Of a stretch of DNA of 64,000 nt, positions 27,279 through 35,625 are shown piece after piece (positions within the stretch are counted from its first letter, which is position 1; the number at the start of each line of letters is the position of its first letter). A program made the position numbers and the translations under genes. Source of the stretch: Thermoanaerobaculia bacterium (GTDB taxonomy: Bacteria > Acidobacteriota > Thermoanaerobaculia > Gp7-AA8); assembly GCA_017883235.1 (NCBI GenBank), contig JADGNY010000007.1, positions 17,546 through 81,545 on the forward strand, given 5' to 3'. Below the pieces are notes generated by a model. That model had not been told where the DNA came from. It saw only the letters and a program-made list of their open reading frames with translations, and searched no databases.

Positions 27279-28712
27279 TCACTGCGACCATGCCGCGATC
27301 TTTTTTCCGAGCGATCCGAGCCACCCTTTGGCCACGTCCTGGTAGTACGTCGAAGCCGCTTTCTGCAAGGCGTCGGCCAGGGATGGGTAGGGGGAAATGA
27401 GCTGCGCGAGCTGTGCCACGGTGACCTTCTTCTGCCTGGCCAGGACGAGCGTTTCGATGAGGGTGGAGGCGTTGGCGCAGAGCGCGTGCGCGCCGAGGAT
27501 GCGGCCCCGCTTGTCGCAGACGAGCTTCACGAATCCCCCGGTCGTTCGATCGACCACGGCGCGGTCGACCTCGGCCATCTCCACGCTGTACGTGCGGATG
27601 CTCTCCGCGCCATGCGCCGCGATCGCTTCCGCTTCCGTCATCCCGATGTGCCCGACCTCGGGGTCGGTATAGAGCCCCCACGGAACGTTGTCGTAGCTCA
27701 CCGGAGAACGGCCGGGAAAAAGCATGTTGCGCACGAGCTTCACCGCCTCGTACGCGGCCACGTGCGTGAACTGCATGCCGCCGTGGACGTCGCCGCAGGC
27801 CCAGATCCGCGGCACCGAGGTCTGGAGATACTTGTCGACGGTGACGAAGCCGCGGTTCGTCTTCACCCCCGCCGCTTCGAGTCCGAGGTTCTCGGTGTTG
27901 GCCCGGCGGCCGCTGGCGACGAAGATCTCGTCGACGCGCACCTCCATCGTCTCGCCGATCTTGTTCTCGATACGGACGACTTTCTTCCCGTCCTCGGCAC
28001 GCACCGACTTCGCCGCCCAGCCGCTGCGGATCACGATCCCCTCCTCGGAGAGAATCGTGCGGATGCGGGCGATGACGTCGGCATCCTCTTTGTTGACGAT
28101 CTCGTCGAGCATTTCGACGACGACGACGACCTCGCTGCCGAAACGCCGGAAGAGCTGCGCGAACTCGATGCCGATGTAACCGCCGCCAAGAATCAAAAGC
28201 GATGCCGGGAAGGAATCCTGGTTCAGAAACGACACGTGGTCGAGAAAGCCGTTCTCCGCGAGCCCTTCGACCGGCGGGATGGCGGTCCGGGTGCCTGTGG
28301 CGATGACGATGTCTTTCGCGGCCAGCCGCCGGCCATCGACGTCGACCTCGCTACGCGACGCGAGCGTGGCCTTGCCGAAGATCACCTCGATGCCGAGGGC
28401 GCGGAACTTTTCCGGATCATCGTGATGCTCGATGGCGTGGCGCTGCGCGCGCATCGAATCCATCACCGACTTCGGCGTCACGCGCGCCGTCCGCGGCTCC
28501 AGGCCGTAGGCATCGGCATGCTGCATCTGGTGGACGAGACGCGCCGTGGCCACCAACGCCTTGGTCGGCACGCAGCCGGTCCAGAGACAGTCGCCGCCCA
28601 GCTTCTCGCGCTCGATCAGCGCAACCTTGCGGCCGAGGCGCGCGCAGCCGGAGGCGGTAACCAGTCCGGCCGTGCCGCCGCCGATGACCACGACGTCGAA
28701 TGATTCAGGCAT
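27279..28712 (-). CDS. FAD-dependent pyridine nucleotide-disulfide oxidoreductase (dihydrolipoamide dehydrogenase/mercuric-reductase-like)
   Basis: VVVIGGGTAG, the redox-active GGDCLWTGCVPTK motif, and a C-terminal dimerisation region. Confidence 0.85.
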   Translation of the reverse strand: MPESFDVVVIGGGTAGLVTASGCARLGRKVALIEREKLGGDCLWTGCVPTKALVATARLVHQMQHADAYGLEPRTARVTPKSVMDSMRAQRHAIEHHDDPEKFRALGIEVIFGKATLASRSEVDVDGRRLAAKDIVIATGTRTAIPPVEGLAENGFLDHVSFLNQDSFPASLLILGGGYIGIEFAQLFRRFGSEVVVVVEMLDEIVNKEDADVIARIRTILSEEGIVIRSGWAAKSVRAEDGKKVVRIENKIGETMEVRVDEIFVASGRRANTENLGLEAAGVKTNRGFVTVDKYLQTSVPRIWACGDVHGGMQFTHVAAYEAVKLVRNMLFPGRSPVSYDNVPWGLYTDPEVGHIGMTEAEAIAAHGAESIRTYSVEMAEVDRAVVDRTTGGFVKLVCDKRGRILGAHALCANASTLIETLVLARQKKVTVAQLAQLISPYPSLADALQKAASTYYQDVAKGWLGSLGKKIAAWSQ

Positions 28713-28766
28713 GCGGGGATATTAGCGGAGCCCAGACAAGAGTGCCTGTGCGCACACCTGGCCTAC

Positions 28767-28971
28767 CTGTCATCCTGAGCCGCCGGAGCTGCGAGTCGCG
28801 AAGCGATGAAGCAGCGTAGGACGGTCGAAGGACCCCCAGACTGAAACCAGGGAAGGGTGGTGGAAAGTGGACAGCCGCCGCCCCGTCCGGGTTGCAGGGA
28901 GGGGGTCCTTCGACCGTCCTGCGCCGCGCAATCGCTCCGCGATTACGCGGCTCCGGCGGCTCAGGAGGACA
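28767..28971. repeat. MITE-like element, family 1, copy C (long-arm variant)
   Basis: The left arm is as in copies A, B and D. The right arm is a near-full reverse complement (…GGGGGTCCTTCGACCGTCCTGCGCCGCGCAATCGC…GGCTCCGGCGGCTCAGGAGGACA). Confidence 0.8.
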
Positions 28972-28981
28972 GGTAAGCGCC

Positions 28982-30412
28982 TCACCGCGAGTACGCGTCG
29001 ATGATCCTCTCGATCGCCTTCCGGCACACCCGGCAGAACCCCACCTCGTCCCGCGTGAACATGATGCAATCGAGCTCCGGCCGGTAGAGGCCGCGCGGCT
29101 CGTACTCTGCCCCTTCGAACGCCCCCACCTTGCCGGCGAACTTCTGGCCGCCGAGGAATTGCGTCTCCCAGGCGCGCTCGTCGGTGAAGAGCTTGTCCAT
29201 CTCCGACTCCGGCGCGTTCGTGGCGCGAAGGTGGGCACGCTCCTTCTGAATCGCGAGGCTGTGCTTCTCGAATGTCTCTTTGTCCCACGGCGTCGGCAGC
29301 GGTGTCGATGGCTGCATTAGAGAGTCGACGAGGTCGTGCCACTTCACCTTGGCCGGATCGTGGAGCGCCGTCACGTTCGGCTCCCACGGCTCCGGATGCT
29401 CGCTGCTGCCGCTCGTCGTGTACGACACCGGCGACGTGTAGTACTCGTCCGCCAGCGCGGCGAAATGGTGGCCGAACTCGTGGACGAACACGTACTCCGC
29501 GAAGGCGCTGTCGACGCAGGCGGTTGCCTGGTCGTTGAAGATCCCGCCGCCGCCGTACTGCTTCTCGTTGACCAGGATCTCGATGAAGTCATACGGAGCG
29601 GACGACGCCACATCGCGCATGCGGTGATCGTCGAGCGTGAGCATGTAACGCTCGGAATCGAAGATGTTGTACTGCACGCCGGTCATGGTGCGGCGGTTGT
29701 CGCTCGTGCGCGGACGGTGCACGCCGCTGGCCGGCTCGGCCAGATCGAGCGCGCGGACGTTGAAATCCTTGCGGCGGCTCTTGAACGGCTCGGTGTCGAA
29801 CAGCTTGCCGATCATCCGCGCCACATCCTTATGAAACTTCGGCAGCTCGCTCTCGGTGTAGCCCTCGCCGATCACCAGGATGTCCACCTTCTCCGACGGC
29901 GGCCCGTTCTCGATCACGTTCCAGACATGCCCGGCCGGCTTGCGCTCGGAGGGATTGACGAATCGCGACGACGGATCGATCAGCGTCGACCAGAGCTGCT
30001 GGAAGGCGCCGTTCGCGTCGCGTTTCTTGACGACGAGTTGTACCGGATGCTTCGGCCACGGGAACCGCACCGACTCGGCGAACGTTCCCGCGCGCTGGTT
30101 GGCCTCGTCCGTCGTCTGCCACTCGCCGAAAACCGAGGCGAAGCCGCGCGTGTAGATGGCCTGGTTCGTATCGCGGTCGATGACCTCGAAGTAGTAATTG
30201 CCGAGGTTGAGCGTGTCGATCAGGCGCGTGCGGCTGCCCGGCCAGGGACCGTCCGAGACGACCGAATCGAGAGCGATGATCTCCTCGCCATGATTGCCCG
30301 TGTGGAAGTAGTTCACCCGCATCGTCCGATCCAGAAACATCTCGTCGAATGGCGCGGCGAAGGCGGAGGTGGCCAGCAGAAACAAGGTGGTGACGAAAAC
30401 GAGCGTGCGCAT
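28982..30412 (-). CDS. Peptidase M64 (IgA-peptidase-like) family protein
   Basis: Start at MRTLVFVTTLFLLATSAFA (30412). Has the HEFGHHFAALADEY metallopeptidase motif. Confidence 0.8.
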   Translation of the reverse strand: MRTLVFVTTLFLLATSAFAAPFDEMFLDRTMRVNYFHTGNHGEEIIALDSVVSDGPWPGSRTRLIDTLNLGNYYFEVIDRDTNQAIYTRGFASVFGEWQTTDEANQRAGTFAESVRFPWPKHPVQLVVKKRDANGAFQQLWSTLIDPSSRFVNPSERKPAGHVWNVIENGPPSEKVDILVIGEGYTESELPKFHKDVARMIGKLFDTEPFKSRRKDFNVRALDLAEPASGVHRPRTSDNRRTMTGVQYNIFDSERYMLTLDDHRMRDVASSAPYDFIEILVNEKQYGGGGIFNDQATACVDSAFAEYVFVHEFGHHFAALADEYYTSPVSYTTSGSSEHPEPWEPNVTALHDPAKVKWHDLVDSLMQPSTPLPTPWDKETFEKHSLAIQKERAHLRATNAPESEMDKLFTDERAWETQFLGGQKFAGKVGAFEGAEYEPRGLYRPELDCIMFTRDEVGFCRVCRKAIERIIDAYSR

Positions 30413-30452
30413 GTAGCGATTGTAGACTGCGAAGATGCGCCCGCACCCCGCC

Positions 30453-30647
30453 GTCATCCTGAGCCGCCGGAGCCGCGTAATCGCGAAAGCGATTGCGCGG
30501 CGCAGGACGGTCGAAGGACCCCCAGCCTGTAACCCGGGTTGGGAGGGGGCCGGCGAAAAAAAGCCGCCCCCTCCACTCCCGCGGTTGCAGCCGGGGGTCC
30601 TTCGTCGTCCTCAGCCCCTACCGGGGCATCGGCGACTCAGGATGACA
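30453..30647. repeat. MITE-like element, family 1, copy D
   Basis: Same family. Its right terminus ...CTCAGGATGACA contains the only plausible start codon (30642) of the downstream VWFA gene. Confidence 0.8.
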
Positions 30648-31679
30648 GCGCTTTTCGTCCTCCTCCTCGCCGTGTCTGCAACCGCCCAGGTCCAGGAGCA
30701 GATCACCGTCGAGCGCATCCTCGTCGACACCCGCGTCACGGACGACCGCGGCAATCCCATCACCGGCCTCAAGGCGTCCGACTTCCGCGTCCGCGTCGAC
30801 GGGAAGCCGGCCGGCGTCGAGTCGGCCGAATGGATCCCCGAGACCGCCGCGGCCCGCGAGCTGGCCAGCATCGACACCGCCATCGACCACGCAGGGGCCG
30901 ACGTCAACACATCGCTCGATCAGCCTGCCCCTCACGGGCGGCTCCTCATCTTCTTCTACCAGACCGATTTCGAGCGCAACAGCGTCCGCATCGCCGGGCA
31001 GATGCAGCAGGTCGTCAACGCGAACGACTGGCTGGACTGGCTCGACCCGGAGGACCGCGTGGCGGTCTTCTCGTTCGACTCGCATCTCAAATTCCGGCTC
31101 GACTTCACCGACAACAAGGACCACATCAAAGACGCCATGGAGCAGGCCCTGCTCACCGACGAACCGCCGCCGCCGCGGATCGTTCCGATGCCCGCGCTGG
31201 CCAAGCGGCTCGACCGCGAGGAGATGCGCAAGGCCGCCTCGCCGGAAGCGGCTCTGATCATCGTCGCCAACGCCCTCCGCCCGATCCCGGGGCCGAAGTC
31301 GATCATCCTTTTCGGCTGGGGCCTCGGCAAGCTGACTCCGAGCGGCGTGATGATGGATCGGAAGTACGTCCCCGCGCGGCAGGCGCTCGAGTCGGCGCGC
31401 GCCACCGTCTTTTCGATCGATTTCACGCAGGCGGATTACCACTCACTCGAGGCCGGCCTCGGGCAGGTCGCCGGCGACACCGGCGGCTTCTACGCCAAGA
31501 CCTTTCATTTCCCCAGGATCGCCGTCGATCGCCTGCAGAAAACGCTGGCCGGCCACTACGAGCTCGAAGTGCGCAAGCCCGACATCAAAGTGCGCGGCAC
31601 GCACACGATCGAAGTCGAGGTTCCGTCGCAACGCCGCGCCACCGTCCTGGCAAGGAGCACGTATGTGGATCGCGACTAG
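30642..31679 (+). CDS. VWFA-related acidobacterial-type protein (TIGR03436-like)
   Basis: Signal peptide MTALFVLLLAVSATAQ, then ITVERILVDTRVTDDRGNPITGLKASDFRVRVDGKP, and a VWA-like core. Confidence 0.75.
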   Translation: MTALFVLLLAVSATAQVQEQITVERILVDTRVTDDRGNPITGLKASDFRVRVDGKPAGVESAEWIPETAAARELASIDTAIDHAGADVNTSLDQPAPHGRLLIFFYQTDFERNSVRIAGQMQQVVNANDWLDWLDPEDRVAVFSFDSHLKFRLDFTDNKDHIKDAMEQALLTDEPPPPRIVPMPALAKRLDREEMRKAASPEAALIIVANALRPIPGPKSIILFGWGLGKLTPSGVMMDRKYVPARQALESARATVFSIDFTQADYHSLEAGLGQVAGDTGGFYAKTFHFPRIAVDRLQKTLAGHYELEVRKPDIKVRGTHTIEVEVPSQRRATVLARSTYVDRD

Positions 31680-32766
31680 GCCGGCACGGCCGGCTGCGCT
31701 GGTTGCCCAAGGCTCGGCCAGCAGTGGCGCAATTGCGTTTCTGCCGCGCAGACTCCTGGCTGGAGCGCTGTTGATCGCGGCCGCGGCGATGGCCCAGACC
31801 CCACCGCCGCTGATCGAGAAAATCGAAGTCGAGCGCGTCATCATCGACGCGCGCGTCACCAACATCGACGGTGAGCCCATCCTAGGCCTCCAGCGCGGCG
31901 ACTTTCGCGTGCGCATCGACGGCAAGCCCGTGGAGATCGAATCGGTCGACTGGATCTCCGAAAGCCGAGATGTAGCTCAGTTCGAGAACGCGGCGCACGT
32001 CCCCAACGGCATCGCACCGGAGCCGCAGAAACATGGGCGGCTCTTCGTCATCTTCGTGCAGACCGACTTCGGCCGCGCTCGACAGCGCGTGCAAGGGCAG
32101 ATGGCCATCAACGCGGCGCTGGACAAGTGGCTGGCCTTCCTCGAGCCGGACGACCAGACCGCCGTCTTCTCGTTCGACTCGCACCTGAAGTTCCGCCTCG
32201 ACTTCTCCGGCGACAGTGCCGCCGTCCAACGCACCGTGAAGGAGTCACTCTTCATCGGCGAACCGCCGCCTCCCGCGCCGTCGAAGACGTGGGCGCTCTC
32301 GATGCTGCTCGACCGCCAGGCCATGCACGATGCCGCACGCCCGGAGATCGCGCTGCGCATCATCGGTGAGGCCCTGGCGAAGGTGCCCGGAGCGAAATCG
32401 ATGATCTTCATCTGCTGGGGCATGGGCCATGTGACCAACGGCGTGTCGTTCAACGACTACGGTTACGAGCATGCCGTCCTGGCACTGCAGCGCGCCCGTG
32501 TCACCGTCTTCACCATCGACATGATGGACTACCACCAACTTGCCTTCAGTCTCGCCAGCATCGCCGGCGATACGGGCGGTTTCTATACGACTTCGACCCG
32601 CTTTCCCGCAATCGCCATCCATCGCCTCCATCACACGCTCGGCGGCCACTACGAGATCGAGGTCATCAAGCCGCAGTTGACGCACCGCGGGTTCCACCAG
32701 ATCGCCGTCGAAGTTCCGACCCAGCGCCGCGTGACGATCCTCGCCCGCAACGTCTTCGGCGACTGA
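31663..32766 (+). CDS. VWFA-related acidobacterial-type protein, paralogue
   Basis: IEVERVIIDARVTNIDGEPILGLQRGDFRVRIDGKP. Collinear with the upstream paralogue. The start is uncertain. Confidence 0.75.
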   Translation: MWIATRPARPAALVAQGSASSGAIAFLPRRLLAGALLIAAAAMAQTPPPLIEKIEVERVIIDARVTNIDGEPILGLQRGDFRVRIDGKPVEIESVDWISESRDVAQFENAAHVPNGIAPEPQKHGRLFVIFVQTDFGRARQRVQGQMAINAALDKWLAFLEPDDQTAVFSFDSHLKFRLDFSGDSAAVQRTVKESLFIGEPPPPAPSKTWALSMLLDRQAMHDAARPEIALRIIGEALAKVPGAKSMIFICWGMGHVTNGVSFNDYGYEHAVLALQRARVTVFTIDMMDYHQLAFSLASIAGDTGGFYTTSTRFPAIAIHRLHHTLGGHYEIEVIKPQLTHRGFHQIAVEVPTQRRVTILARNVFGD

Positions 32767-32893
32767 GCCGGCAGGCTCACCAGAGGAGCCGTCATCTCCT
32801 ACGCTCGACTCCCGATCGCGAGAGCGGCACGGAGTCGCTCTTACCTTGGCAAGTCCCCTGAGATCAACGCGGCACTAGACCTCTTACCATGGA

Positions 32894-33001
32894 ATGATGA
32901 GATGCTCTGAAATGACGCATGCATGGTTCGAAATGAAGCATGCCTGCTTCAAAATAAAGCACGCTATGATGAAAATGATGCAATCGCTATTGCCATGGTA
33001 A
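32894..33001 (+). CDS. Speculative 35-codon small ORF inside repeat module 1
   Basis: MMRCSEMTHAWFEMKHACFKIKHAMMKMMQSLLPW. No Shine-Dalgarno. Bracketed by complementary CTCTTACCATGG / CCATGGTAAGAG. Confidence 0.2.
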   Translation: MMRCSEMTHAWFEMKHACFKIKHAMMKMMQSLLPW

Positions 33002-33085
33002 GAGACTTGGCTGCTGAATGACGTCTTGTCTCTCGCCATGGTAATAGAAATACCATCCAAAACAAGTGTGCGCTCTCGCCATGGC

Positions 33086-33193
33086 ATGACATCGAGCCGC
33101 AACCGGCACCTCGCTAAGATTGAAACAAAGCACGCGCGCTTCGAAATGATGCACGCGAGGATCAAAACAATGCTCGTGTCTTCACCATGGTAA
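33086..33193 (+). CDS. Speculative 35-codon small ORF inside repeat module 2
   Basis: MTSSRNRHLAKIETKHARFEMMHARIKTMLVSSPW. Same frame and same length as the module 1 ORF, exactly 192 nt downstream. 13 of 35 residues are identical. No Shine-Dalgarno. Confidence 0.2.
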   Translation: MTSSRNRHLAKIETKHARFEMMHARIKTMLVSSPW

Positions 33194-33309
33194 GAGCTGA
33201 TGCTCCGAAACGATGCTCCCTTTCTTACCTTGGTAAGAGAAGCGGCTTCCCGACAACGGGGCGAACCATCGAACAGAGCCTCGCCGCCTGTTCGCGCTAC
33301 ACTTCCCCC

Positions 33310-33933
33310 ATGACGAACCGCCTCCTCATCACCCTCTTCATCGCGGTCTTCGTCTGGTCGCTCATCCACCCGCACGACTACTTCACCTGGATCCTCGAAG
33401 TCTTCCCGGCCATCATCGGCATCGTCCTCGTCATCGCCGTGAGAAAGAGCTTCCCCCTTACGCCGCTCCTTCTCACCCTGCTCACCTTCCACGCCATCAT
33501 CCTCATGGTCGGCGGTCACTACACGTACGCCGAGGTGCCGCTGGGGTTCTGGATGCGCGACGCCTTTCACCTCGGGCGGAACGACTACGACCGCATCGGC
33601 CACTTCGCACAGGGCTTCGTCCCCGCCATCGTCGCGCGGGAGATCCTCATCCGGCGCAACGTCGTCCGCACCCGCGGCTGGCGCTACTTCATCATCGTCG
33701 CCATCTGCCTGGCCATCAGCGCCGCCTATGAATTGCTGGAGTGGCGCGTCAGCGTCGCCACCGGCAGCTCCGGCGACGCCTTCCTCGGCACGCAGGGGGA
33801 CGTGTGGGACACGCAGGAAGACATGGCCACGGCGCTCATTGCCGCGCTGATGGCGCCGCTGCTGATGGGGCGTTTTCACGACCGGCAACTGGCGCGGCTG
33901 GCGGCCGGTTCCGTATCCCGCGAAAGTCCGTGA
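33310..33933 (+). CDS. DUF2238 (E. coli YjdF-like) inner membrane protein
   Basis: Start at MTNRLLITLF (33310). Has GGHYTYAEVPLG...NDYDRIGHFAQGF motifs. Confidence 0.75.
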   Translation: MTNRLLITLFIAVFVWSLIHPHDYFTWILEVFPAIIGIVLVIAVRKSFPLTPLLLTLLTFHAIILMVGGHYTYAEVPLGFWMRDAFHLGRNDYDRIGHFAQGFVPAIVAREILIRRNVVRTRGWRYFIIVAICLAISAAYELLEWRVSVATGSSGDAFLGTQGDVWDTQEDMATALIAALMAPLLMGRFHDRQLARLAAGSVSRESP

Positions 33934-34267
33934 GGAACCAGAGCACCAGCATCAGCACCCCCATTGCCCAATAGAAATTGCGCGAGAGGACGCCGTTCAT
34001 GAACTTGCCGTACCACGGCGCGGCGATGAGGCATACCGCCATCACCAGCTCGACGAATCCGTGCACCGCCAGACCGATGCGCTTCATGATCCCCAACGGA
34101 TACCGTGTGAACACGGCCAACAGAAAGAGCAGCGCGGCGGCGAGGTACGCCCAGGTGGTGGCCGGACGGCCGGAGAAACCGGCGATCGACGGTCCGGCCG
34201 CGAGCAGGATGGCTAGCGCGTAGTCGATGATGCCGTGCGAGACCGCTCCGATGCTGCGATGAATCAT
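33836..34267 (-). CDS. Hypothetical 4-TM membrane protein
   Basis: 143 aa. Its start overlaps the stop of the upstream MBL gene (ATGA). Its 3' end overlaps the convergent DUF2238 gene by 98 nt. Confidence 0.5.
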   Translation of the reverse strand: MIHRSIGAVSHGIIDYALAILLAAGPSIAGFSGRPATTWAYLAAALLFLLAVFTRYPLGIMKRIGLAVHGFVELVMAVCLIAAPWYGKFMNGVLSRNFYWAMGVLMLVLWFLTDFRGIRNRPPAAPVAGRENAPSAAAPSARQ

Positions 34268-35301
34268 GGCAGGTCGCGTCCTTCCCCCTGATCGAGTACG
34301 AGGAACGGCGGATGGCCGGTCCCGGCGAGCGCATAGTCCAGGTCGCGCAACGGATCGTACTCCCCCTCATCGCTGAGCTCGAATGTCCCGAAGTGAACGG
34401 CCACGCTCGTACGCGCGCCGAGGGCGAAGTGCGCATCGACCGCCTGGGCCGGATCGATGTGCACCGGCTGCATGAACCAGCGCGGCAGATACGACCCGAT
34501 CGGCAGCAACGCCGCCCGGATCGGCGCAAAGCGGCGCCCGATCTCCGCGAAGTGCTCCCCCCACCCCGTGTCGCCGGCGAAGTAGACGTTCCCCGACGGC
34601 CCGCTGACGACGAAGCCTCCCCACAGATTGCGATTGCGGTCGCTCACCGCCCGCGACGAGAAGTGCCGCGCCGGCACGACGGTGACGTCGAGTCCGTTCG
34701 CTTCGAACGTCTCCCACCAGTCGAGATCGACACAACCCCGAATCCCATGCCGCCGCATCAGCGCCGCATTGCCCAGCGGCGCGATGACAGGCCCGCTATT
34801 TCGTTCGGCAAGCGCCCGCAACGTCGCCACATCCATATGGTCGTAGTGGTTATGGCTGACGAGCACGAAATCGATCGCCGGCAGATCCTCAAACCGGATC
34901 CCCGGCGCCCGATGCCTCTTCGGTCCCGCAAACGACACCGGCGACACCCGCTCCGACCACACCGGATCGGTGAGGATGTTGACCCCATCCATCTGAATGA
35001 GCGTGGTCGCATGATTGATGAAGGTGACCCGCAGCCGCCCCTCCCCCTCCCTCTCCGGCGGCGCCGGACCGTAGATCTCGTCCCGATGCTCCGACCACTC
35101 CCCCCGCTGCCTCGTAGCCATCCACTTCAGCAACGACCCCTCGGTTCGCCACACGCGTTCATGGTTATGAAACCGCTGACCATCGAAATGATCGCTGACC
35201 GCCCCCCGCCACCGCGACGACGCGAAGAAGATCCGTTCGATGGCAACGACACCGAGTGCCGCCCCGATGGTGATGCCTGCCGCCTTCGCCGTTTTTCGCA
35301 T
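34264..35301 (-). CDS. MBL-fold metallo-hydrolase
   Basis: Start at MRKTAKAAGITIG (35301). Has the VLVSHNHYDHMD motif. The track ORF's N-terminal extension runs into a family 2 repeat. Confidence 0.8.
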   Translation of the reverse strand: MRKTAKAAGITIGAALGVVAIERIFFASSRWRGAVSDHFDGQRFHNHERVWRTEGSLLKWMATRQRGEWSEHRDEIYGPAPPEREGEGRLRVTFINHATTLIQMDGVNILTDPVWSERVSPVSFAGPKRHRAPGIRFEDLPAIDFVLVSHNHYDHMDVATLRALAERNSGPVIAPLGNAALMRRHGIRGCVDLDWWETFEANGLDVTVVPARHFSSRAVSDRNRNLWGGFVVSGPSGNVYFAGDTGWGEHFAEIGRRFAPIRAALLPIGSYLPRWFMQPVHIDPAQAVDAHFALGARTSVAVHFGTFELSDEGEYDPLRDLDYALAGTGHPPFLVLDQGEGRDLP

Positions 35302-35416
35302 CAGACCTATTCGAGCACAAAACCCCCGCTGTACTACTGACCTTTGGTTTCTGCGCGTGACGCGAAGGTTTCTTCCAAAACCGTGCGGCCCCGAGAACGA
35401 GAGCTCGCGCTTCCCT

Positions 35417-35520
35417 ACATCGAGAGTCCTTCTCCCCCAGCGCTTTTCAGCTGGGGGAGAAGGGCCTGCCCTGAGCGAGCGAAGCGAGTCGAAGGGTGCC
35501 GAAGGCGGATGAGGGGGCGG
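35417..35520. repeat. Family 2 hairpin repeat, single unit with insert
   Basis: CCTTCTCCCCCAGCGCTTTTCAGCTGGGGGAGAAGG ... TGCCGAAGGCGGATGAGGGGGCGG. Confidence 0.7.
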
Positions 35521-35625
35521 TGCTTGCCGTGCCCTTGCCGGCATCGAGGGTGGGCGGCTGTGCGCGATCCGAACGTTTCCCGCCTGATCACAACCCAATA
35601 ACGTCCCGCGAATAAACTCAATCGC

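Larger units (their letters stand above)
32838..33243. repeat. AT-rich phased repeat array (CC(A/T)TGG-centred palindromes plus 21-bp tandem units)
   Basis: Seven CCATGG/CCTTGG cores at 32844, 32887, 32993, 33036, 33079, 33185 and 33228. Their spacings are 43-106-43-43-106-43, giving a 192-bp period. Four 21-bp units lie at 32907-32990 and three at 33121-33181. Confidence 0.8.

Noticed and set aside
32838-33243. A CRISPR array, or the yjdF (azaaromatic) riboswitch, upstream of a 'YjdF-like' gene.
   Set aside because: The units are 21 bp, contiguous, degenerate and lack unique spacers, and there are no cas genes. The yjdF riboswitch is associated with the Bacillus YjdF family, not with the E. 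coli-type DUF2238 protein encoded here. The sequence has none of that motif's features that I can recall.
33836-33933. The 98-nt convergent overlap of the DUF2238 gene and the 143-aa membrane-protein gene as a sign of mis-annotation or antisense regulation.
   Set aside because: Both frames look coding up to their stops. Without expression data nothing more can be said, so I noted it in the feature evidence only.
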